A DNA stretch of 20,000 bases from the IMG/VR virus record IMGVR_UViG_3300037245_001637, one strand, 5' to 3'. The notes beneath the pieces were generated by a model that had not been told where the DNA came from, made no database searches, and saw only the letters and a program-made list of their open reading frames with translations. Source of the DNA: an uncultured virus (IMG/VR IMGVR_UViG_3300037245_001637) (lineage: Duplodnaviria; Heunggongvirae; Uroviricota; Caudoviricetes). Both the position numbers and the translations under genes were made by a program. Numbering within the stretch: position 1 is the first letter of the stretch; each line of letters starts with the position of its first letter. Positions 1 through 6,614 of the stretch are shown one piece after another.

Positions 1-399
1 GTGCATAGTTCCATGAGGCTTAACTGTATTCATCCTTTTTAGTAATACACTAAAAGCAGAACTCATGTTTGCCTTTATCTTATAGAGGGGACTGTCTTTA
101 TGCAAATCTTTACTATTTTTTAGTGGCGCTGAGGTTTTCTTTTTTATTACATTCCTTTGGGAGCCTTTTATTTTTTTCTTAAATCCCTCTTTTTTATATT
201 CTTTACCGTATTCTTTTTGATAATCTTTATACTCTGGTAATGCTCTATAATCTTTCATATACTCTTTCCTGCAACTTTTGCATTGGTTATCAAACCCATT
301 ACGTTTTGTTTTGTCTTTATAGAAAAATTCTTTTGTTTGCTCTTTTGTCTCTTCACATTTTGGACATTCATACAGGGCTACTTTTTCTTCTTTGTTCAT
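1..399 (-). CDS. HNH-family endonuclease with N-terminal CxxC...CxxC zinc finger (runs off the window; not in ORF track)
   Basis: Manual translation from ATG at 399 (AAAGGA upstream) stays open to position 1: MNKEEKVALYECPKCEETK...DNQCKSCRKEY...SPLYKIKANMSSAFSVLLKRMNTVKPHGTMH. The end aligns with NPKNKLRQVLSSSLTMQLKKVGTTKPSSTMIY in the HNH protein at 15468-16355. The catalytic motif would lie outside the window. Confidence 0.75.
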   Translation of the reverse strand, partial: MNKEEKVALYECPKCEETKEQTKEFFYKDKTKRNGFDNQCKSCRKEYMKDYRALPEYKDYQKEYGKEYKKEGFKKKIKGSQRNVIKKKTSAPLKNSKDLHKDSPLYKIKANMSSAFSVLLKRMNTVKPHGTMH

Positions 400-422
400 T
401 TTGGGATTCCTTTATAAGTAAA

Positions 423-507
423 TAAAAAAGATTTCTGTTAAGTACGGTTCCCCCAGTTTTAAGATAAATCACACAAATCTTACAACACCCGTACTTAACA
501 GAAATCT
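423..507 (-). terminator. Long hairpin plus U-tract (terminator/attenuator) in the HNH gene leader
   Basis: Perfect 19-bp inverted repeat 429-447/489-507, inner stem TAAGAT/ATCTTA, followed on the minus strand by TTTTTATTT just before the RBS. Confidence 0.7.
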
Positions 508-593
508 CTTACTTACTTTCCTGTTACTTTCGATTAAAATGTGATTTCTAATTTATTAGAAGTTGGGGAACTTCTTTTTTTATGTCTATCTCT

Positions 594-614
594 ATTATAG
601 CATAGTGGGAATTT
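594..614 (-). promoter_or_regulatory. Extended -10 promoter (TGCTATAAT) for the HNH leader
   Basis: Minus strand AAATTCCCACTATGCTATAAT; 19/21 identical to plus-strand 16501-16521. Confidence 0.6.
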
Positions 615-642
615 ATTTAGCCTTTCGTTGTAGTTTATAAAT

Positions 643-670
643 AAAAACCCTCAAAACCGAAGCCTGAGGG
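643..670 (-). terminator. Rho-independent terminator downstream of the tRNA
   Basis: Minus strand CCCTCA-GGCTTCGGTTT-TGAGGG followed by TTTTTATTT. Confidence 0.65.
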
Positions 671-736
671 AAAAATACATGAATATATTTTATTAAATGA
701 AAAAGAGGACTAAAATGAAAAGATTATCATTTGTTT

Positions 737-808
737 TAGCAGGAGACGGATTTGAACCGCCGACCGTTGGGATATGAGCCCACTAAGCTACCACTGCTCC
801 ATCCTGCT
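737..808 (-). tRNA. tRNA-Met(CAT), initiator-like
   Basis: Cloverleaf AGCAGGA-TG-GAGC-AGTGGTA-GCTT-A-GTGGG-CTCATAT-CCCAA-CGGTC-GGCGG-TTCAAAT-CCGTC-TCCTGCT-A. Three consecutive G-C pairs in the anticodon stem and A11-U24 are initiator hallmarks. CCA is not encoded. Confidence 0.93.
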
Positions 809-819
809 ACGTTTTAAAT

Positions 820-1003
820 AATCCTCCCAATTTCTCAGGAGGATTTCATTGAGCCTTATTTTGATTAAGGTGTTCATCCGCTCTGGGAACACAATTTTAG
901 CTACAAACTTAAAGGTATTGTCTCACCTGATTTTAGCTCTCCTCCTCAAAGGGGAGCTCATATAGATCCACTAATGAATCCAGCTAACTACTTAAAGTTA
1001 GTC
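820..1003 (-). ncRNA. Candidate structured RNA (about seven consecutive hairpins) between the histone gene and the tRNA
   Basis: No ORF. Minus-strand stems: CTAACT/AGTTAG, GGATTCA/TGGATCT, AGCTC/GAGCT, AGGT/ACCT, GTGTTC/GAACAC, CCTTA/TAAGG, AATCCTCC/GGAGGATT. Confidence 0.4.
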
Positions 1004-1040
1004 TTAAAAATTAAAGAACCTACTGTAGATTCTCTTCTAC

Positions 1041-1226
1041 CTAAGAAAAGTGGCGAGGCATAATAGTTTTAACTTTACCCCGTTTAGCTTCTTCCATTGC
1101 TCCTGCTAATACTTCATACAGTTGGTTTGATAAGGCTGTTGCTGTATCACCTGCGCAGTTAAAACCTTCGGCCTTAAGGAATTTTTTCATCTTACTAACC
1201 ACAATTAAACATTCTTTTTCATCCAT
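1041..1226 (-). CDS. Bacterial-type histone-fold protein (Bd0055/HBb- and Leptospira HLp-like)
   Basis: 61 aa, AGGAG RBS. LIVVSKMKKFLKAEGFNCAGD..ALSNQLYEVL..AMEEAKRGKVKTIMPRHF matches, as recalled, Bd0055 LVVTSKVKKLIK...TSAE...LS...AKADGRKTVMARDI and Leptospira IVASKVKAYIKSKGFMTSGD. Confidence 0.85.
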   Translation of the reverse strand: MDEKECLIVVSKMKKFLKAEGFNCAGDTATALSNQLYEVLAGAMEEAKRGKVKTIMPRHFS

Positions 1227-1286
1227 TTTCTAAATCTCCTATCGATTTCTTTTTAATTTTATTTTAAATCTACTTAGAGTAGATAT

Positions 1287-1472
1287 TTATGCTCTTTCTT
1301 CTGGTATAAAATGAATACTCAAATTAACCAACTGTCCATCTTCTTGTCTTTCCCACGATAATGCCTCGACTGAGCAAAGATTGATGCCCATAGTGTTAGG
1401 TATTACTTCCAAGGGTAAAGGGCTAGAATTATCCTCTATTAGTTCGTCTACTGTTTTGTAAATTTTTGTCAT
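1287..1472 (-). CDS. Hypothetical protein
   Basis: 61-aa ORF, AGGA RBS, co-oriented with neighbours. Confidence 0.7.
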   Translation of the reverse strand: MTKIYKTVDELIEDNSSPLPLEVIPNTMGINLCSVEALSWERQEDGQLVNLSIHFIPEERA

Positions 1473-1480
1473 TTATTATC

Positions 1481-1837
1481 CTATTTAAATTTTAAATGTA
1501 TTTGATATAAAGGTTTCGCTTTTATATAGGAAGTGGAATCTATAAAATCCTTTAAACAACTTGCTGTTTTCAGCCAAGTAAGCTCAGTGTTTGCTTTCTC
1601 TTCGACATTACCTGAGTAATACCAGAAAGTCTCCTCTCCTTCAGCTATAGCTTTCTCTATTAAAGTAAATAAATCATATCCTGTTTCAGATTTCCCATTA
1701 TCCTCACTAAAACCCTTCCCTAGTTTTGTTATTATGTCTTGTTTAAACTCATTAAATGCTATAGATCTTTGTCTTACTTTGTGTAAGTTTTCTACTTTCT
1801 CTCTTGATATGTCTTCTTTTATAATTTTTCTTGTCAT
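1481..1837 (-). CDS. Hypothetical protein
   Basis: 118-aa ORF with AAGGAG RBS. Confidence 0.8.
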   Translation of the reverse strand: MTRKIIKEDISREKVENLHKVRQRSIAFNEFKQDIITKLGKGFSEDNGKSETGYDLFTLIEKAIAEGEETFWYYSGNVEEKANTELTWLKTASCLKDFIDSTSYIKAKPLYQIHLKFK

Positions 1838-1856
1838 TACTGCTCCTTTTTAAATA

Positions 1857-1970
1857 AATAGTCTTTCCTATTAGTCATCGGTTTGACTTTCTTACGAAAA
1901 ATCCACCCTCTTCACAGAGGTCATACCTACAATGGTATCTTTGGCGCACCCGACACGAAACGCTCGCAAT
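1857..1970 (-). ncRNA. Candidate compact structured RNA with two GNRA tetraloops, upstream of the 1481-1837 gene
   Basis: Minus-strand stems: ATACC/GGTAT, CCTCT-GTGA-AGAGG, TTTC-GTAA-GAAA, AGTCA-AACCGA-TGACT, AATAG-GAAAGA-CTATT. Locally GC-rich and non-coding. Confidence 0.5.
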
Positions 1971-2014
1971 CAATACTCTATATAAAAATATTCACTGAGG
2001 ACTATTTCTTAAAT

Positions 2015-2055
2015 AAAAACCCTCACCAAGAAAACTAATAACTCAGTGAGGGGTT
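2015..2055 (-). terminator. Terminator hairpin with an alternative pairing partner
   Basis: CCCTCACTGAG pairs with CTTGGTGAGGG, followed by TTTTTATTT. The 5' arm TCACTGAG could instead pair with CTCAGTGA at 1992-1999. Confidence 0.55.
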
Positions 2056-2137
2056 GAAGATACTCTCATACCTTCATGAGGAAAAAACCAAAACTTTTTA
2101 ATGCTACTTTTTTAAATATATACTATAAAGAAAAAAA

Positions 2138-2500
2138 CTAATTCTTATTAAACATCTCACAGACATACTTGAATAATACTTCTGCTGACTTATCTAAATC
2201 TCCTTCAAAACAAAGTAATCCATCTTTCTTGAATAGTTTACCTATTGCTTCATTATCTTGTATATTAAAGACAATTTCAGAAGGTTGTATGTTTTGAAGA
2301 GAGGCTGTATAAGCTAATTGGGTTTTATCCTGAAACTCTTCAAAATTTTTGTACTTTACTGTATCTGTTGTACTATTATTTATTGTTACTTCTTTTTCTG
2401 GTTGCTGTATATGTGTACAACCTGAAGAGCATACCTTTAAACCTATGTTGTGTTCTTTCATGTGTTTCTGAACTTCTTGTTCATGCTTTTCGTTTATCAT
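2138..2500 (-). CDS. Hypothetical phage protein
   Basis: 120 aa, ATGA overlap with the upstream gene. The C-terminal FEGDLDKSAEVLF resembles a motif recurrent in uncharacterised phage proteins. Confidence 0.8.
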   Translation of the reverse strand: MINEKHEQEVQKHMKEHNIGLKVCSSGCTHIQQPEKEVTINNSTTDTVKYKNFEEFQDKTQLAYTASLQNIQPSEIVFNIQDNEAIGKLFKKDGLLCFEGDLDKSAEVLFKYVCEMFNKN

Positions 2501-2916
2501 TCAAACTCTCCTGTAAGATACTGCTCATTATCGGCTTTAATCTTCTCTATATCTTCAAAAGCTGTTTCGATAGCTTCTAAAGCCTCTGCATCTGTTTCAA
2601 ATATAACATCTTCATCCTCGACATCTTTACCTAATTGTTTTTTGAGGTAGTCTGATGTGTTGATAGCTACTTTTAATAGTTTATGGTAACTATTTGTTAA
2701 TACAACAAAGTCTTCTATTTCTTCCCCAAGAAAATTATCTATAACTGTTTGTTGCTTGAGGTAATGACTTCTAGCGTTAATTTTATCCATGGTATACGTC
2801 ATATCGGAGAGAATTTTCCAATCTTTATCCTGGATAAGCCTCCCTGAGCAATACATTCTTCTTATCCAGTGTAAATACTCATGGTATCTTGTTTTATTTA
2901 TATTTTCATCATACAT
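2497..2916 (-). CDS. Hypothetical protein
   Basis: 139 aa, first gene after the promoter at 2960-2988. Confidence 0.75.
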   Translation of the reverse strand: MYDENINKTRYHEYLHWIRRMYCSGRLIQDKDWKILSDMTYTMDKINARSHYLKQQTVIDNFLGEEIEDFVVLTNSYHKLLKVAINTSDYLKKQLGKDVEDEDVIFETDAEALEAIETAFEDIEKIKADNEQYLTGEFE

Positions 2917-2959
2917 ACTTTTATATTACCTTTTTAAATCTTTTTATTTAACTTTCTAT

Positions 2960-2988
2960 AGTATAGCACACTTTTCTTTATAAGTCAA
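2960..2988 (-). promoter_or_regulatory. Sigma70-type early promoter
   Basis: TTGACT-17 nt-TATACT with TG extension. Confidence 0.75.
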
Positions 2989-3023
2989 CCCCTTTTCCTG
3001 ATTATTTTCAATTATTTTCAATT

Positions 3024-3329
3024 TTAATGAAATTTAAGAACTATTCTATCCTGAAACAGACATGAATCTGCTCTAATATACTCAGAATAAGGGCTTTCTC
3101 TCATCCACCAGTGTAATTCTTTCATCATTTCTTCCGTAGTATCTAAATAAGGGAAGTAGTTGAATCCAGTAAACCTATTTGTTAAAGCCTCTTCCACCTC
3201 TTCAAAGATAGTCATCCCTCTACAAACATTCTCTCGTACATATTCTCGAAACTCAGAAATAGCCTTCTCTCTTTCTCTTGATTGTTCAATTGTTTCTTGT
3301 TTTTCTTTTATGATATCTTTAAAGTTCAT
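3024..3329 (-). CDS. Hypothetical protein
   Basis: 101 aa, GGAGG RBS. Confidence 0.8.
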   Translation of the reverse strand: MNFKDIIKEKQETIEQSREREKAISEFREYVRENVCRGMTIFEEVEEALTNRFTGFNYFPYLDTTEEMMKELHWWMRESPYSEYIRADSCLFQDRIVLKFH

Positions 3330-3617
3330 TTAATCCTCCTTCTTTCTATAATAAAGTACATTAGGGTAGTAATCATAACAGTTTTCACACTCTGCAATAC
3401 CCTTTCTCACACAACGTACTTCATCTGGATTGTGTTTATTATACCTGATTAGTAAATGACATTCTAATTTAGTTTGTAAATCCCTAATAGTTTTACTCTG
3501 CTCATGTATAAAATCACAACCCTTGTTGATCGGATCGTAATTTAAATCCTTAGGTACAATTGAATCCAGTGCCGTTATTACTTTAGCTAATGGAGTTTCT
3601 AAATAGTCTTTTGTCAT
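3330..3617 (-). CDS. Hypothetical protein, Cys-rich C-terminus (start revised to MTKDY)
   Basis: AAGGAG precedes the ATG at 3617; the longer track start overlaps the upstream gene. Confidence 0.7.
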   Translation of the reverse strand: MTKDYLETPLAKVITALDSIVPKDLNYDPINKGCDFIHEQSKTIRDLQTKLECHLLIRYNKHNPDEVRCVRKGIAECENCYDYYPNVLYYRKKED

Positions 3618-3618
3618 C

Positions 3619-3819
3619 TTATCTAATCTCCTTACTATACTGTGTTGTCTCTCTTGGGGCATTTACTAAAACTTCTTTTTGATACTTAGTTAAGGGTTCC
3701 CCAAACATATTTAACTTAAACAGCAAAGTTTGTTCTTTTTGTGTTAACGTTTCCCATGTTACTTCTGCCCAAGGAATATCTTCCCATTTACGTGTTTTTT
3801 TCTTGTCTTCTTTAATCAT
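3619..3819 (-). CDS. Hypothetical protein
   Basis: 66 aa, AAGGAG RBS. Confidence 0.75.
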   Translation of the reverse strand: MIKEDKKKTRKWEDIPWAEVTWETLTQKEQTLLFKLNMFGEPLTKYQKEVLVNAPRETTQYSKEIR

Positions 3820-3829
3820 CTTATCTCCT

Positions 3830-4039
3830 TTAATTATACTTAAGCATCTCTATCTTTATTTCTTGTTTCTCTTCTCTAAGTCTTTTAGTATTCTTTTTCA
3901 ATTCTATACATAACTTCCTATTGTGTTCTTTATGTGTATTCATAGCATAAGATATACTCCCTGCTGTCCAAGATATTCTTGCACCTTCTTTATGCTTATC
4001 TGCTAGATGCATTTCTTTAAACCATTCTTCAAAATTCAT
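3830..4039 (-). CDS. Hypothetical protein
   Basis: 69 aa, GAGG RBS, MNFEEWF start typical of small phage proteins. Confidence 0.75.
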   Translation of the reverse strand: MNFEEWFKEMHLADKHKEGARISWTAGSISYAMNTHKEHNRKLCIELKKNTKRLREEKQEIKIEMLKYN

Positions 4040-4192
4040 TTATGTACCTCTCTTATATTTCTTATATCTTGAACACTGTGTATAGCTTCTGTAAAACATA
4101 TTACAGGTCTTCAACCCTCGCTTATTATCTAAACATTGCCTCTTACATGGATTGTTTAAAGGAGTATGATAGCAATCTGTACATTGCTCCAT
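4040..4192 (-). CDS. Small Cys-rich hypothetical protein (below ORF-track cutoff)
   Basis: MEQCTDCYHTPLNNPCKRQCLDNKRGLKTCNMFYRSYTQCSRYKKYKRGT; its stop abuts the next ATG. Confidence 0.65.
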   Translation of the reverse strand: MEQCTDCYHTPLNNPCKRQCLDNKRGLKTCNMFYRSYTQCSRYKKYKRGT

Positions 4193-4211
4193 CTACTGTA
4201 TCTTCTCTAGT

Positions 4212-4607
4212 TCATAAAAAGTATCTATAAAAAATATTACCCTTTGCTTTGTACTTATACACCTTCCCTTCATCTAAGAGTATCCCTTCTTTTAGAGTTA
4301 TAGCATAATACTTTCCTAATCCTCTTTCTTGTTCATCACTAAATTCCTGAACAGGTGTGTTTTTTATTAATATTTCTTTTAACTGTGTTATATAGCTTAT
4401 TCCTTCTGTCTCTCCTGTGATTACTCTATATACATAACCATTATCCACTATAATAAATACATAGGGCTTTACACTGTATATTTCTGAATCAGGGTATGCT
4501 TCTTTTACAGTATCTATTCTTGCCAACCTATTTGTATAATCTTCTTTGTAATCCTCAGAACATCCTAATACTAGAAGTACTATTATGATTGTTGCAATAT
4601 TTTTCAT
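4212..4607 (-). CDS. Putative lipoprotein (start revised to MKNIA)
   Basis: AGGAG RBS; signal MKNIATIIIVLLVLG-C with lipobox-like Cys. Confidence 0.7.
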   Translation of the reverse strand: MKNIATIIIVLLVLGCSEDYKEDYTNRLARIDTVKEAYPDSEIYSVKPYVFIIVDNGYVYRVITGETEGISYITQLKEILIKNTPVQEFSDEQERGLGKYYAITLKEGILLDEGKVYKYKAKGNIFYRYFL

Positions 4608-4608
4608 T

Positions 4609-4917
4609 TTATTTCTCCTTCTTAACCATATCAAAATACGCTTCTTTAGTCTCAGCACATCTCCTCCGAACTTCTGTCTGGAAATACATATCAGCTAAAA
4701 ACGAATCTTCATATCGATCACAAACACAAACACACTGACCACAATCCATAATGTGTATAACAATTAAATGCTCAGGTTTGCTATCATTACAATCTCCTAC
4801 CCATAGTTTAGGAAATTGATGTTGTTTCTTTATTAAGGTCTTTTTGTATTTGTTCCTTAAATAAGTTGCTTGATCAAATTGGTCTTTTATCTGGTAGTTC
4901 TTTTTATTTCGTTTCAT
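4609..4917 (-). CDS. Hypothetical protein
   Basis: 102 aa, AGGAG RBS. Confidence 0.8.
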   Translation of the reverse strand: MKRNKKNYQIKDQFDQATYLRNKYKKTLIKKQHQFPKLWVGDCNDSKPEHLIVIHIMDCGQCVCVCDRYEDSFLADMYFQTEVRRRCAETKEAYFDMVKKEK

Positions 4918-4927
4918 TTATTTCTCC

Positions 4928-5209
4928 TTAATTAAAATCTGGTTCATAACTCTTAACAACAGCCTTTTCTTTCTTAGTATATTCTACTGTTCCACAGAGA
5001 TTACATTTTCTTGCATATCTTACAACGTTTTTATCATAATAATTGTATATAGGGTGTGGATCAGAACCATGCCCTTCTAAATGAGAGTAAACTGCTTCTT
5101 GCTCTGTTGTATCGTCTCTATATGTTTTGCTTCAAGTATGTTTACACATTCCTATTTTACTTCTTTCATAATCCATTTCTCTTTGTAGTTCTTGCATTCT
5201 CTTTTTCAT
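4928..5209 (-). pseudogene. Zinc-ribbon-like protein gene (CxH...CxxC) interrupted by an in-frame TGA
   Basis: AGGAG RBS. MKKRMQ...GMCKHT-[TGA 5132-5134]-SKTY...RKCNLCGTVEY...DFN-TAA fills the gap between neighbouring genes. Confidence 0.65.
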
Positions 5210-5391
5210 TTATTTCTCCTTATATGTCTTTTATATCCATCTACTATTTCTTTTTCCATATAATTTTTAAGATAAGTTGTAAATGATTCTCTCTCATCAT
5301 TAGGGACACAGAATTGTATATCTAAATCTCCTATAATACAATCATCAAACTCATCGTAAACAATGTCATTTATTATGTCTGCTGTTATCAT
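5206..5391 (-). CDS. Hypothetical protein
   Basis: 61 aa, AAGGAG RBS, ATGA overlap with the downstream gene. Confidence 0.75.
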   Translation of the reverse strand: MITADIINDIVYDEFDDCIIGDLDIQFCVPNDERESFTTYLKNYMEKEIVDGYKRHIRRNK

Positions 5392-5504
5392 CTTAGTACT
5401 CCTTCAAGCCCCATACGACGCTCTTTTTCACTTGGATGAACCCATACACCTTTTCCTATGTAAGTCTCTCTTAAACTGTCTGGGAGTAGTAGAATTGGAT
5501 TCTA

Positions 5505-5834
5505 TTAATACTCCTCTAACTCTTCATCTCTATCTTTAAAATATCCTCTCTCAGGAGTATAACTATATCCACCATATTCCCATAGATTCTCTGAGATCAA
5601 CTCTCCTCCACCAATTAAATTATAATGTTCATCTGAAAGTTGCCCTGCACCATAAGCTAAATCTGTAGCATATAGTCTATTAACAAATCTTCCTTCAGAA
5701 GTTACAAATCCCTGATCATCCCTACCAGTAGCACAGGATCCTTTCTCAGAAGTTTCTCTTACATCCACATGACTCTTACCTATACCAATAGATCCATCTG
5801 TTCTTCTTATTCCTGCATGTGCTATTCTTTCCAT
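5505..5834 (-). CDS. Conserved uncharacterised phage protein (QGFxTxxGRFVxR...AGQ...SExLW type)
   Basis: Motif DQGFVTSEGRFVNR...AYGAGQL...LISENLW, recalled as recurrent in phage hypotheticals. Confidence 0.8.
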   Translation of the reverse strand: MERIAHAGIRRTDGSIGIGKSHVDVRETSEKGSCATGRDDQGFVTSEGRFVNRLYATDLAYGAGQLSDEHYNLIGGGELISENLWEYGGYSYTPERGYFKDRDEELEEY

Positions 5835-5837
5835 AAT

Positions 5838-6065
5838 CTATTTCCAGTCCGTATTGTAATGCTTTATACTATCACAATTACCTGTACTTACCCATGCAAT
5901 AACTTTTTTGTCTAAGGGCATTCCAATACCTTTACACCATGAAGTACCTCCACCAGCACCATAGTAAGCGAACCCTGTTGTTCCATCTTCAAACTTTACC
6001 TTGCAATCATTACAATCATTTGGGACTTCCTCAGTTACATTTACCCAGTTTTCTAAATCTTCCAT
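5838..6065 (-). CDS. DUF551-like small phage protein
   Basis: WVNVTEEVP...W...KVIAW pattern. Confidence 0.65.
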   Translation of the reverse strand: MEDLENWVNVTEEVPNDCNDCKVKFEDGTTGFAYYGAGGGTSWCKGIGMPLDKKVIAWVSTGNCDSIKHYNTDWK

Positions 6066-6093
6066 ATTATTGTTTTCCTCTCTTTATACTTTT

Positions 6094-6122
6094 ATACTAT
6101 AGGAATTGTTCTTACTTGCCAA
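6094..6122 (-). promoter_or_regulatory. Sigma70-type early promoter
   Basis: TTGGCA-17-TAGTAT with ATTCCTA before the -10. Confidence 0.6.
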
Positions 6123-6125
6123 CCC

Positions 6126-6290
6126 TTATTTAATAATACTACCACATTTTCTACAAACACTATGTATATATGTTTTACTATTTTCTACCAATAGTTTTCT
6201 TGTTCTGTAATGTTCTGTAAATAGATTATACTTTTTCATTTTATTATACACTGGTTTGTATTTATGTTTACATGTTATTTCCTTATCCAT
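6126..6290 (-). CDS. Small CxH...CxxC zinc-ribbon protein (below cutoff)
   Basis: MDKEITCKHKY...HSVCRKCGSIIK, GAGAGGA RBS, has its own promoter. Confidence 0.7.
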   Translation of the reverse strand: MDKEITCKHKYKPVYNKMKKYNLFTEHYRTRKLLVENSKTYIHSVCRKCGSIIK

Positions 6291-6309
6291 ATTTTCCTCT
6301 CTTATCTTT

Positions 6310-6339
6310 ATACTATAGGGGATTATTGATCTGTGTCAA
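6310..6339 (-). promoter_or_regulatory. Sigma70-type early promoter
   Basis: TTGACA-16-TATAGT or TTGACA-18-TAGTAT. Confidence 0.65.
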
Positions 6340-6613
6340 GTCCTTCCTCTGATTTCATTTCAGGCCATGGAGGATGTACTTTTAATACTATTTTATTAGA
6401 GTATGTTCTCATATACATTATTTCTTCTGTTCCTTCCTCATAGTTTTCTTGTTTTACAGATTCAATCCACTCTTCAACAAGCCCTAATTTATATTGAGTT
6501 TGTATATAGTAGGTGTATTCTTTAAACTCATCTCGTTCTATGAATGATGTGTCTCCACTTCGATGACAACTAACTAGTAGAATAATTAATATAATTGTTA
6601 GTATTTTCTTCAT
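6323..6613 (-). CDS. Putative lipoprotein (start revised to MKKIL)
   Basis: GGAGG RBS; MKKILTIILIILLVS-C lipobox. Confidence 0.75.
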   Translation of the reverse strand: MKKILTIILIILLVSCHRSGDTSFIERDEFKEYTYYIQTQYKLGLVEEWIESVKQENYEEGTEEIMYMRTYSNKIVLKVHPPWPEMKSEEGLDTDQ

Positions 6614-6614
6614 G

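Noticed and set aside
1..590. IscB/HEARO (OMEGA) system
   Set aside because: The protein begins with a CxxC zinc finger, with no PLMP or RuvC-I motif, and the leader is shorter than typical HEARO RNAs.
423..1290. CRISPR array
   Set aside because: No regularly spaced direct repeats and no cas genes; only isolated hairpins.
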